The translations under genes and the position numbers were made by a program. Shown piece after piece: positions 1-8,655 of a stretch of 64,000 nt of DNA. Source of the stretch: Candidatus Uhrbacteria bacterium. GTDB lineage: Bacteria; Patescibacteriota; Patescibacteriia; JACPHY01. Each line of letters begins with the position of its first letter. The first letter of the stretch is position 1. The stretch spans positions 596 through 64,595 of the forward strand of contig JACPHY010000002.1 in the NCBI GenBank assembly GCA_016188355.1, written 5' to 3'. The notes under the pieces are model-generated. The model searched no databases. It had not been told where the DNA came from and was given only the letters and a program-made list of their open reading frames with translations.

Positions 1-42
1 CGCCACTACGTCTCCACAGCCAACAATCCCCCTTCCGTAACC

Positions 43-132
43 GTGTCATTTCGAGCGAAGCGAGAAATCTCACCCGCCACACTCATGGGCCATGGGTGAG
101 ATTTCTCGGCGCAGACTCCTCGAAATGACACG
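43..132 (-). terminator. Nested inverted repeats immediately downstream of ksgA (inner 14-bp perfect stem gagaaatctcaccc...gggtgagatttctc; outer arm gtgtcatttcgag/ctcgaaatgacac); candidate terminator or structured RNA
   Basis: Palindromes read directly in the sequence; they follow the ksgA stop at 158 on the minus strand; no clear U-tract. Confidence 0.35.
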
Positions 133-157
133 AAAAATCGCAAACGCAATACATGCC

Positions 158-1156
158 TCATCTTCCCACCGCCTTTGCCAATGCAATCCATTGTGCGAGG
201 GTGAGGGTTTCCGGACGTGCAGTCGGATCAATCCCCACACCCACGCAGATCGCATCCGCTTCCGAGCGGTCGCAAGCGGCAATGGTCCGTATGGAGGTGC
301 CGATCTGCTTCCGTCGTCCCGCAAACGCCATGTGGACAAATCGAAGAAACTGATCCCGGGAGAGCGGCTGCAGGAGGTCGGCCAACGCCTCGGGAGATCG
401 TATCTCGGTGAACTGCACGACCGCGCCCTCCACCTTCGGGGGTGGCCAAAAGTGCGACGCCGGCACCCGCACCACGCGGCGCGCGGTAGCATGGAGTTGC
501 GTGAGTACGGTCAAAAATCCCACCGATCCGTCAGCGCCCACCAAACGATCCACCACCTCTTTCTGGAGCAGGAGCACGATGCGTTCCGGCGGAGGGATCG
601 CGCCTGCCGCGATCTGATCGAACAGCACCCGCAAAAAATCACTGGTGATCTGATACGGAAGATTCGCGGCCAGTTTCCAGGAATGCTGGGACGATGGACT
701 CCCGAGGCGGCCATGTAAGGCCGCTACTACGTCCGAAGGATATGTTGCTAGACGTAGAGGCGGGGCTACGTCCCCGCCCTCCGGGGCGATGCCACCGTGC
801 ACCGATTCGAGCGGCCAGAGAGAACCGCGTTCACGTCCGGAGAGTACCCGCAACGCATCACCTGCTACAATTTCCACCCACCCAAACGGAGCAACGATTT
901 CCTGGAGCACCGGAATCACCTGGCGATCCATCTCAATGGCAATGAGACGACCGACGCGAGGAGCAAGCGCAGTGGTGAGCACCCCAAACCCTGGACCCAC
1001 TTCGAGAATGGTATCTGCCGGCTGGGGATCCACTGTCGTCACGATCTCCGCTAGTGTGCCCGCATGAATCAAAAAATGCTGCCCCAACGACCGCTCGGGC
1101 TTTTTCCCCGCGCGGATGCAGAGTGCTTTGAGGACGGGAGGGGAAAGGAGATTCAT
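158..1156 (-). CDS. rsmA: 16S rRNA (adenine-N6)-dimethyltransferase RsmA/KsgA, carrying a ~35-aa in-frame insertion encoded by a REP doublet
   Basis: Motifs SLGQHFL, LEVGPGFGVLT (SAM binding) and ANLPYQITS in the ORF translation; start taken at the internal Met (MNLLSPPVL...), since the upstream ORF extension runs into REP sequence. Confidence 0.8.
   Translation of the reverse strand: MNLLSPPVLKALCIRAGKKPERSLGQHFLIHAGTLAEIVTTVDPQPADTILEVGPGFGVLTTALAPRVGRLIAIEMDRQVIPVLQEIVAPFGWVEIVAGDALRVLSGRERGSLWPLESVHGGIAPEGGDVAPPLRLATYPSDVVAALHGRLGSPSSQHSWKLAANLPYQITSDFLRVLFDQIAAGAIPPPERIVLLLQKEVVDRLVGADGSVGFLTVLTQLHATARRVVRVPASHFWPPPKVEGAVVQFTEIRSPEALADLLQPLSRDQFLRFVHMAFAGRRKQIGTSIRTIAACDRSEADAICVGVGIDPTARPETLTLAQWIALAKAVGR
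721..790. repeat. REP-like GC-rich hairpin doublet (BIME-like) embedded in-frame within ksgA
   Basis: Sequence gaggcggggctacgtccccgcc plus ccgctactacgtccgaagg matches the intergenic REP family at 1211-1264, 1987-2045 and 5318-5375; the minus-frame translation gives IAPEGGDVAPPLRLATYPSDVVA, which is exactly the KsgA insertion. Confidence 0.6.
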
Positions 1157-1169
1157 GCGTTCTCTGTTT

Positions 1170-1264
1170 GACGTAGGGGCGGGGTTACATCCCCGCCGCC
1201 CGTACAGTGCACCACCTACACCACCGAGGCGGGGACGTAGCCCCGCCACTACGTCCGGAATAAC
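1170..1264. repeat. REP cluster: hairpin GGGGCGGGG-ttacat-CCCCGCC plus a REP-B unit (gaggcggggacgtagccccgccactacgtccggaataa)
   Basis: Near-perfect palindromes; the same units recur at 1391-1428, 1950-2045, 5318-5375, 721-790 and the window start (1-20). Confidence 0.7.
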
Positions 1265-1267
1265 CGC

Positions 1268-1332
1268 TACTCCTCCTCTTCCTTCCCCTCCAGGCGCTCG
1301 TATCGTCCTCCTGCTGCTTTCCAGCGGAGCAG
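1268..1332 (-). other. Duplicated fragment of the prfB 3' end (last ~19 codons, ...RYERLEGKEEEE) next to a REP element; a gene-remnant copy
   Basis: About 64 nt nearly identical (one mismatch) to 2042-2105, which encodes the true prfB C-terminus; REP elements abut both copies. Confidence 0.6.
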
Positions 1333-1339
1333 AGACGTG

Positions 1340-1428
1340 GACGTGGCCCCGCCACTACGTTCGGAATAATCATTACTCCTCTTCCTCCGAGACGTAGGGG
1401 CGGGGTTACATCCCCGCCCGGGCAGTAC
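1340..1428. repeat. REP elements (a half REP-B plus a GGGGCGGGGttacatCCCCGCCC hairpin) at the 3' end of the RAYT gene; the RAYT stop codon lies in the hairpin loop
   Basis: Direct sequence comparison with the other REP copies. Confidence 0.65.
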
Positions 1429-1915
1429 ACAGCGCCACCCAATCAAATACGGTCGATCCGCTGTACGGATACAGTTCCGGAGCCGCGCAGATCCCCTTTC
1501 GCACCGGATTCATCCAAATATATCGACAAACTGCTTCAATGTCCTCATCCAAACGAAGGAAATGATCGTAAAAACTCCGCTGCCAAATCTGACCTTGTAT
1601 GCCATGCGACCACGCAATACGCGTGGTGGACTGTTTGATGTCCGAAATGACCTGCATCACTGAATGATCGACATGAGGAGACAGGCAAAAGTGCGCATGA
1701 TCCGGCATGAGTACCCATGCGAATACGGTGATGTGGCGCTGCTCGAAGTATCCGCATAACGCACGATGACATGCGCAGGAAAATGCAGCATTACCGAAAA
1801 TAGGATTTCGATCGCGCACGGCAACTATCACAGAGACCACGGATGCGGGATCCGCATACCGATCGGGAGATAGACGAATATGCTTACGACGGAGGGCGTC
1901 GTTACGCACGTACAT
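1406..1915 (-). CDS. REP-associated tyrosine transposase (RAYT; IS200/IS605-like HUH Y1 transposase, TnpA-REP)
   Basis: HUH motif (MPDHAHFCL) and a C-terminal catalytic-Tyr region (YIWMNPVRKG); REP hairpins flank it on both sides. Confidence 0.75.
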   Translation of the reverse strand: MYVRNDALRRKHIRLSPDRYADPASVVSVIVAVRDRNPIFGNAAFSCACHRALCGYFEQRHITVFAWVLMPDHAHFCLSPHVDHSVMQVISDIKQSTTRIAWSHGIQGQIWQRSFYDHFLRLDEDIEAVCRYIWMNPVRKGICAAPELYPYSGSTVFDWVALCTARAGM

Positions 1916-1949
1916 ATAACGTCGTCGCTACCTCTCCTGTACCCCGTGG

Positions 1950-2045
1950 CGTCCACGTAGGGCCGCCGCTACGCCCGGAGATCGATACACCGCCTACACC
2001 ACCGAGGCGGGGACGTAGCCCCGCCACTACGTTCGGAGCAATCAC
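1950..2045. repeat. REP cluster between the RAYT start and the prfB stop
   Basis: cgtccacgtagggccgccgctacgcccgg and acaccgcctacaccaccgaggcggggacgtagccccgccactacgttcgg match the REP-B family. Confidence 0.65.
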
Positions 2046-3185
2046 TCCTCCTCTTCTTTCCCCTCCAGGCGCTCGTATCGTCCTCCTGCTGCTTTCCAGC
2101 GGAGGTAGGCTTCGATGAAGGGATCCAACTCGCCCTCGAGGAGCGCTTCTGGGTTATTGGTTTCGTGACGGGTACGCAAGTCCTTGGCGAGGTGGTACGG
2201 GTGCAGCACGTAGCTTCGAATTTGATTCCCCCAGGCCACTTCGCGGAATTCGCCACGGAGTTTTTGCTTTTCGGCGGTGCGGCGCTCCAATTCGCGCTGT
2301 TCGAGACGCGCATGGAGGACGCGCATGGCGGTTTCCTTATTCTGCTGCTGCGAACGCTCATTCTGGCAGGAAACGGTGATGCCGGTCGGCAGGTGGACGA
2401 CGCGCACGGCCGAGTACGTTGTCTGCACGCCTTGGCCGCCATGACCAGACGCGAGAAACGTATCAATACGGAGGTCCTTGGGATCGATGGCAACCGTTGG
2501 TGCATCGCCGAGGTCCGGGAGCACTTCGACTAACGCAAATGACGTATGCCGCTGATGATCCGCATCAAAAGGCGAGAGGCGCACTAGCCGATGCACGCCC
2601 GCCTCACTGCGGAGGAGTCCGTATGCATGCCGACCGCGCACCTCGACGAGCACGGACTTAATGCCCGCCTCTTCTCCCCGCGATTCATCCACAATGCGTG
2701 CTCGCCACCCCCGGTGCTCGCAGTATCGGAGGAGCATCCGGAGCAGCATGCCCGCCCAATCCTGCGCTTCAGTGCCCCCAGCACCCGCATGCACGGCAAC
2801 AATCGCATCGCGCACATCGTACGGATCACTCAGCAAGGTGTCGATTTCATGTTGCCGAAATCGCGCCTCGAGCGCCGCGTACTGTTGCTCCAATTCCTCC
2901 CGAAAATTCTGCGTCTGATCCGCAACATCGAGCGCGATCAACTCCGCGAGGTCACGCGCCTCATGTTCCAGTCCTCGCCACACCGCCGCCTCCTCGCGCA
3001 ATCCCGCAAGCTCTTGACTTCGCATCCGCGCATTCGCCTGGTCCTTCCAAAATTCCGGCGCACTCACCGCGCGTTCTAATTCCGCAATCTGCGCTTCTTT
3101 GCGATCGAGGTCAAAGCAACCTCCCCGCCGCGGCAATCCGGGCGTGGAGGTCGTCGATTGATTTCTGGAGTTCTGCGATGGTCAT
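2042..3185 (-). CDS. prfB: Peptide chain release factor 2 with programmed +1 ribosomal frameshift
   Basis: SPF and GGQ motifs in the long frame; an upstream 24-codon ORF (MTIAELQKSIDDLHARIAAAGRLL) starts at ATG 3185-3183 and ends at CTT TGA C (~3116-3110), preceded by a GGGGAGG SD-like element as in the E. coli prfB frameshift site; the long ORF (from TTG 3136) continues in +1. Confidence 0.9.
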
Positions 3186-3197
3186 ATCAAGCCAGGA

Positions 3198-4472
3198 TCA
3201 TTCGGTCGGAAATTCCCCAAGCTGCACCGTCAGTTTCCGTTCTTTGCCGGCACGAAGGATGGTGAGGGTCACGCGATCTCCTGGCTTCTGTTTCGCGATC
3301 AGCCGTGCGAGGGGGCGGGATTCCGTGATCGGCTCGCCGGCGACCGCAATCACGATGTCGTTCTCCCGGATTCCCGCACGATCGGCTGGGCTACCCGGCA
3401 CGACCGCGATATCCGTTGGCGCATCTCCTCGCACCACGAGCGCACCTGCTTTCACGGGTAGCTTCTGCGCAGTTGCCAATCGATCGGTAATGGCAAGGTA
3501 TCGCACGCCGAGCCAGGGTCGGATTATTTTGCCATCCCGAATCACGCTCTCGACGACCTGTTTTGCAACATTGATGGGAATAGCGAACCCGAGGAGTTGC
3601 CCCTCCTCACTCACGGCGGTATTCACGCCCACGACCTGGCCGTGCAAATTGAGCAGCGGCCCGCCGGAATTACCCGGATTGATCGCGGCGTCCGTTTGAA
3701 TCGCCTCATCGATCACTTCGCTCGACCCTCCCGAATCTCCCGCGATGACCCGACGATTGATGCCGGAGATGACGCCCTTCGTCACCGTATTCCGAAACTC
3801 CGAGAGCGCGTACCCGATCGCAATCACCGTTTCGCCCGTCTGGATGGAATCCGAATCTCCCAGCGCCAACACCGGGAGCGGCCCCTGTTTGGGATCGATA
3901 TCAATCTTGAGCACCGCAAGATCGTTCACCGGATCTTTCGCGAGTACCTTTGCCGAAAATTCCCGATCATCATTGAGAATCACCGCGTATTCGGCGTCCG
4001 TATCACGAACCACGTGTCGATTGGTGAGCACGTACCCATCGGACGTCACGAGGAAACCAGATCCGCCGCCCACCTGTCGCTTGCCTTCCGGAGCACCCGG
4101 AAATTGCGGCATGGGTACCGGCGGCGCAAACGGAATACCAAATCGGAAAAAATCATCAAACTCAAAGGCATTCCCCCGCGGGATATTTTTTAGGTCTTTC
4201 CGCACCACAATACTCACGACCGCAGGCGACGCGCTCCGCACGACCGCAATCGTTGCGGATTCCTCATCCAGTGCAGCGGGCACCGCTGGCGCATCCCGAG
4301 ACACGGCCGGCGCATTCGTCAGACGGTTGAGCGATGGGATCGTCTGCGCGAGACCCGCGAGCTGTCCCGTGGACACCAACACGCCGCCCGCAATACCCGA
4401 TATACCGCCCACCAGTAGACCAATAATCCCCGCCACGATCAGAACTTGTTTATCACGAAAGGAAGTGTCCAT
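3198..4472 (-). CDS. htrA: HtrA/DegP-family periplasmic serine protease with PDZ domain
   Basis: N-terminal TM segment, trypsin-like GNSGGPL active-site Ser motif, C-terminal PDZ-like region. Confidence 0.85.
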   Translation of the reverse strand: MDTSFRDKQVLIVAGIIGLLVGGISGIAGGVLVSTGQLAGLAQTIPSLNRLTNAPAVSRDAPAVPAALDEESATIAVVRSASPAVVSIVVRKDLKNIPRGNAFEFDDFFRFGIPFAPPVPMPQFPGAPEGKRQVGGGSGFLVTSDGYVLTNRHVVRDTDAEYAVILNDDREFSAKVLAKDPVNDLAVLKIDIDPKQGPLPVLALGDSDSIQTGETVIAIGYALSEFRNTVTKGVISGINRRVIAGDSGGSSEVIDEAIQTDAAINPGNSGGPLLNLHGQVVGVNTAVSEEGQLLGFAIPINVAKQVVESVIRDGKIIRPWLGVRYLAITDRLATAQKLPVKAGALVVRGDAPTDIAVVPGSPADRAGIRENDIVIAVAGEPITESRPLARLIAKQKPGDRVTLTILRAGKERKLTVQLGEFPTE

Positions 4473-4780
4473 ACATTACCCATAATATACCATCCCCGCA
4501 CTGCCACGCCCTCACTCCGGAGGAGCGATCGCTTGCGGATCCGACCTCCTGGACCAGAGTATCCGCCGATCGCTCCATCACTCCGGATGACGCGGTGGCA
4601 CGGGACGACCACCGGACGCGGATTCCGTCCGCAGGATTGCGCCACCGCCCGCGCCGCACGGGGCGCGCCCACGGCACGCGCAACGCCCGCGTACGTCATC
4701 ACCCGGCCACGCGGAATGCGCGCCAGCACCGCCCAAACACGGCGGTCGAAGGCGGAGGGCACCGCGCGTCGCTCACGCAT
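4439..4780 (-). CDS. Short methylated-DNA-protein-cysteine methyltransferase (MGMT/Ogt C-terminal DNA-binding domain only)
   Basis: PCHRVI active-site motif and a GGY...G tail; 113 aa from the internal Met; overlaps the nrdR end and htrA start by a few nt. Confidence 0.55.
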   Translation of the reverse strand: MRERRAVPSAFDRRVWAVLARIPRGRVMTYAGVARAVGAPRAARAVAQSCGRNPRPVVVPCHRVIRSDGAIGGYSGPGGRIRKRSLLRSEGVAVRGWYIMGNVWTLPFVINKF

Positions 4781-5270
4781 CCGCCGCGCGTCGCCGCGCG
4801 GTGCGGGTGCGGGGAGATTTCCGGCGCTCGAGCGCATCGAGGACCTCTCGAAAACTCCGAAGGTCATTGAAGGATTCATACACGGAGGCAAATCGCACGT
4901 ATGCCACCTCATCCGCTTTCCGCAGATGGCGGAGCACGAGGTCACCGATCTCCGTGGAGCGCACCTCCGGCTTCCGAAGGAGTTGAATATCGCGTTCGAT
5001 TGCCGCAACGGTCCGCTGGAGCTCCTCCGAGGTAATGGGACGCCGCTCGAATGCCTTCCGTAGTCCGGCAACGAGCTTCTCACGACCATACGGCTCACGA
5101 CGACCATCCCGTTTGATCACGGTCAACTCCAAAATCGCCGGCTCCTCCATGGTGGAAAACCGAAACGCACACCGAATGCACTCCCGCCGACGGCGAATAA
5201 TCATACCATCGCTCGACATGCGGGTATCCGTCACCTTTGTATCTTCGTGATGACATTTAGGGCAATTCAT
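4773..5270 (-). CDS. nrdR: Transcriptional repressor NrdR (Zn-ribbon plus ATP-cone)
   Basis: MNCPKCHHEDTKVTDTR...IRRRRECIRC zinc ribbon; VAYVRFASVYESF ATP-cone signature. Confidence 0.85.
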   Translation of the reverse strand: MNCPKCHHEDTKVTDTRMSSDGMIIRRRRECIRCAFRFSTMEEPAILELTVIKRDGRREPYGREKLVAGLRKAFERRPITSEELQRTVAAIERDIQLLRKPEVRSTEIGDLVLRHLRKADEVAYVRFASVYESFNDLRSFREVLDALERRKSPRTRTARRRAADA

Positions 5271-5317
5271 ACAGCGCAGGCAAACCTCCCCCACTTCGCC
5301 ACGGCTTCGCGGGACAA

Positions 5318-5375
5318 GTACCACCTACACCGCCGAGGCGGGGACGTAGCCCCGCCGCTACGTCCGGAATAATTA
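5318..5375. repeat. REP-B element in the nrdR leader region
   Basis: taccacctacaccgccgaggcggggacgtagccccgccgctacgtccggaataattac matches the REP family. Confidence 0.65.
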
Positions 5376-5581
5376 CTCATCCTCTTGCAATGACAACGAG
5401 GGATGGTGGAGATCTCTCATCGCCCAGCGCTCCTCGAGACGACACAAGGGTCGGCCTGTCTTCTTCCCCGAGCACGTCCTCAGCTGCGCTCTGATTCATG
5501 CGCACGAATCAAAAACGGATGGCCGCACAGGTAATCCATGATCGAAAGAGTACCGCATTTCTCGCGCATCCTCAATCATAC

Positions 5582-5612
5582 AAGAAAGAGAGGCCTCACA
5601 CCTCTCTTTCTT
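5582..5612 (-). terminator. Perfect 12-bp hairpin (aagaaagagagg...cctctctttctt) downstream of ftsZ; candidate terminator
   Basis: Inverted repeat read in the sequence, followed by gcttgtttcc on the plus strand. Confidence 0.4.
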
Positions 5613-5660
5613 GCTTGTTTCCGGAATGTGGGAAGACTGCATCCGAGGTCATCGATTCAC

Positions 5661-6896
5661 TTACCCGAGCTTCCGCCGAATGAATGCGGGGATCTCGAGA
5701 TCATCATTGACCGCGGGAGTCGCGGCGACTGGCTCTGGTTCTTCCTCGAGAAAATCATCACCGTATGCACGAGGTATTTCGCGTACTGTCGCAGCTGTGG
5801 TCGCGGGAGCGGGGCTGGCGCGTTCTGGCGCCTTTCCCGTAGCCGCCGGTTCCTCGTTTTTCCCAAAATACTTCGGCGGGCGGTACGGGGGTTGCCGCTC
5901 GAGGAACGCGACGTCTGGCTTGGCAATCGGCTTCCCGGGAGCAGGAGGATCGAAACCGGTCGCCACCACCGTCACCCGGAGCTCCTCCTTGAGACTTTCA
6001 TCAATAATCGTCCCGAAAATAATCTTCGCATTCGGGTCCGCGGATCCGGTGATAATCTTCGCCGCTTCATTCACCTCATGCATGGTGAGATTCGGTCCAC
6101 CCGCCACCGTGAAGAGAATGCCGCGCGCACCTTCGATAGAAATTTCGAGGAGCGGACTCGATACTGCCGCACGCGCTGCCTCAACTGCACGATTTTCTCC
6201 CGACGCGGCGCCAATGCCCATGAGCGCGGATCCGGCGTCCCGCATGATCGCCTTCACATCGGCAAAGTCGACGTTGATGAGTCCTGGGGTCGTGATGAGC
6301 TCCGCAATGCCGCGCACGCCCTGCTTCAAAATGTCGTCGACGATCTCGAACGCGTCGAGGAGCGTCGTCTTTTTGTCGATAATCGAAAGGATGCGATCAT
6401 TGGGAATCGTAATCAATGCGTCCACGCGACTCCGCAAGTCTTCATGAGCGCGCTCCGCGATGGAACTGCGCTGTGCGCCCTCAAAACTAAACGGCTTCGT
6501 CACCACGCCAATGGTGAGGCAGCCGAGCTCTCGCGCAATTTCCGCAATCGGCGGCCCCGCTCCCGACCCTGTTCCCCCGCCCAATCCGCACGTCACAAAC
6601 ACCATGTCGGTGCCCTTGAGCGCCTCGCGAATTTCGTTCTGGCTCTCCTCTGCCGCTTTCTTCCCGACCTCGGGATCCATACCCGCACCCAGTCCTCGGG
6701 TGATCGCCTTCCCCAGGTGCACCTTCATGGGCGCGAGACTCTGATGCAGCGCCTGAATATCTGTATTCGCGGCAATAAACTCCACGCCGTGGAGCTTCGC
6801 ACGAATCATGCGGTTGAGCGCGGAGCCTCCGCTGCCGCCAACCCCGATCACCTTAATCTTCGCAAAGGTATCAATTTTTGGCTTCACTTCGCCCAT
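5661..6896 (-). CDS. ftsZ: Cell division GTPase FtsZ
   Basis: GGGTGSG tubulin signature and the VIGVGGSGGSALNRM N-terminus. Confidence 0.95.
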   Translation of the reverse strand: MGEVKPKIDTFAKIKVIGVGGSGGSALNRMIRAKLHGVEFIAANTDIQALHQSLAPMKVHLGKAITRGLGAGMDPEVGKKAAEESQNEIREALKGTDMVFVTCGLGGGTGSGAGPPIAEIARELGCLTIGVVTKPFSFEGAQRSSIAERAHEDLRSRVDALITIPNDRILSIIDKKTTLLDAFEIVDDILKQGVRGIAELITTPGLINVDFADVKAIMRDAGSALMGIGAASGENRAVEAARAAVSSPLLEISIEGARGILFTVAGGPNLTMHEVNEAAKIITGSADPNAKIIFGTIIDESLKEELRVTVVATGFDPPAPGKPIAKPDVAFLERQPPYRPPKYFGKNEEPAATGKAPERASPAPATTAATVREIPRAYGDDFLEEEPEPVAATPAVNDDLEIPAFIRRKLG

Positions 6897-6978
6897 ATTG
6901 AGGGCAACGAGGCCGGTGCTCCGCTGCGCTATTTTCTCTTACTAGGCTATCGCGACCACCCGACACCGTCAAACAAAT

Positions 6979-8229
6979 CTACGAGAACACACTACGCACC
7001 ATGCTCCGCGTCCGATCCATAATGGTGTTCAATGGCTGGAACATGCGTTTCGTGAATGGCCGTCGCGCCGTGCCCCGACCATCCGCTGCGGCACCCCACA
7101 GCACGAGTCCCACCGCGGTAGAAAATGTCGGATCCAACGCCCGCTCCACCACACTATCAATGTTCTCCGGTTTGCCCAGCGCCACGGGAAGCCGCAGTTT
7201 TCGCTTCGCCACCTCGGCAATGCCCGGCAGCTTCGCCCCTCCGCCTACCAAAATTGCTCCCGCCGGCAACGAGCCACTGCGCCCCGCGAGTGAAAGCTCC
7301 CGATCAATACGCTCGCACAATTCCTCCGTACGTGCCTCGATAATTTCTGCGATGTATTTCCGAGAAATGGGCTCGGCATCGGTCCCGAGAATCGCCCCCA
7401 GATCGACATCCTCCTGTTTCTTGATGTCTCGCGGCAATGCGGATCCGATGGCAATTTTGAGCTGCTCCGCCTGATCCAACGCCACCCGCAAACCAATCGC
7501 GATATCGGAGGTCACATGCTCTGCACCAATCGGAATCACGGCAAGATGCACCACGTCGCCCTCTTCTTCCACCACCAGCGACGTCATCGTCGCGCCAATA
7601 TTCACCACGGCGACACCCAATTCCCGCTGTCGGGCAGTGGTGACCGCCTCCGCGGTGGCGAGAATACCCAAAACGAGATCATCTACTTCCAATCCGGACT
7701 GAAAAATCGACTTCGTGAGATTCCGAATGTGCGAGGAGAGCGCCTGGATGATCTGCGCATCCACCTCGAGCCGTGCGCCGGTCATCCCGACCGGATCGCG
7801 GATACCATCCTGATGATCCAATGCGTAGGCGCGAGGAATGATATGCAGCACTTCAAAATTCGGTGGCGTTGCCCCCGCACGCGCTGCTTCCAACGCGCGC
7901 TCCACGTCCCCTTCTTGCACCTCGCCGTCCGTCCGAGCAACGGCGACCACACCCCGCGATGCGCGCGTGGTCACGAATGGACCACTCACGCTCACCCATG
8001 CGGAACGAATGTCCCCGCCGATCATGCGCTCCAGTTGTTCCGATGCCGACGCGATGCTCGCCACCGCATCCTCCATGCTCGTGATCGTGCCACGCCGAAC
8101 GCCCGCGGAGGGCACTTCTGCCACCCCGACAATACGGAGGGAACGTGGACCATCCACGCGCTCACCGGCAGCAAGCCGGATCGCACGAGATCCCACATCA
8201 ATTCCACAGAGGATCGCACGACCGCCCAT
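6979..8229 (-). CDS. ftsA: Cell division protein FtsA (actin-like ATPase)
   Basis: ILCGIDVGSRAIRL N-terminus and overall FtsA-like sequence; immediately upstream of ftsZ. Confidence 0.9.
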   Translation of the reverse strand: MGGRAILCGIDVGSRAIRLAAGERVDGPRSLRIVGVAEVPSAGVRRGTITSMEDAVASIASASEQLERMIGGDIRSAWVSVSGPFVTTRASRGVVAVARTDGEVQEGDVERALEAARAGATPPNFEVLHIIPRAYALDHQDGIRDPVGMTGARLEVDAQIIQALSSHIRNLTKSIFQSGLEVDDLVLGILATAEAVTTARQRELGVAVVNIGATMTSLVVEEEGDVVHLAVIPIGAEHVTSDIAIGLRVALDQAEQLKIAIGSALPRDIKKQEDVDLGAILGTDAEPISRKYIAEIIEARTEELCERIDRELSLAGRSGSLPAGAILVGGGAKLPGIAEVAKRKLRLPVALGKPENIDSVVERALDPTFSTAVGLVLWGAAADGRGTARRPFTKRMFQPLNTIMDRTRSMVRSVFS

Positions 8230-8232
8230 AGT

Positions 8233-8646
8233 TCATGAAGTACCCACCAGAGCGCCGCCGCTCCACCATTGCGCACCGCGCACCATATACGCCCAGCAAT
8301 ACGGGAGCAGAATCACCCCACCAATCAATGCCGCACCCAGCGAAGCGACCAGCACCGCCGCTGCCATCATGTCCTTGATTTCCCGCACATACCCATGGAG
8401 TCGCGGCTGTACCAAATCCAATAGTCGCTCCACAGCGCTATTTATACATTCTAACACGAGCACCGCGGTTGCGACGAGCGCCAGAACCAAAACTTCGCCC
8501 ACCCGAATCCGAAAGAGCATTGCCAATACACCCACCGCACCCGCTACGCTGAGCTGAATACGAAAATTCTGTTCAGAACGGGCAACCAGAAGCAAGCCAC
8601 GCCAGGCAAATCGGAGACTTTGCAGGAATTGCCGGAGGGAGAGCAC
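8233..8646 (-). CDS. dgkA: Diacylglycerol kinase (DgkA-family small membrane kinase)
   Basis: E.NFRIQ...ECINSAVERLLD pattern typical of prokaryotic DAGK; three hydrophobic helices. Confidence 0.55.
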   Translation of the reverse strand: MLSLRQFLQSLRFAWRGLLLVARSEQNFRIQLSVAGAVGVLAMLFRIRVGEVLVLALVATAVLVLECINSAVERLLDLVQPRLHGYVREIKDMMAAAVLVASLGAALIGGVILLPYCWAYMVRGAQWWSGGALVGTS

Positions 8647-8655
8647 AAGGTTCGC

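Noticed and set aside
1969-2505. 178-aa minus-strand ORF overlapping prfB
   Set aside because: It is an alternative frame of prfB/REP sequence. The SPF and GGQ motifs identify the other frame as real.
5538-7022. 494-aa plus-strand ORF overlapping ftsZ
   Set aside because: It is antisense to an unmistakable FtsZ gene. Its composition is Arg-rich junk.
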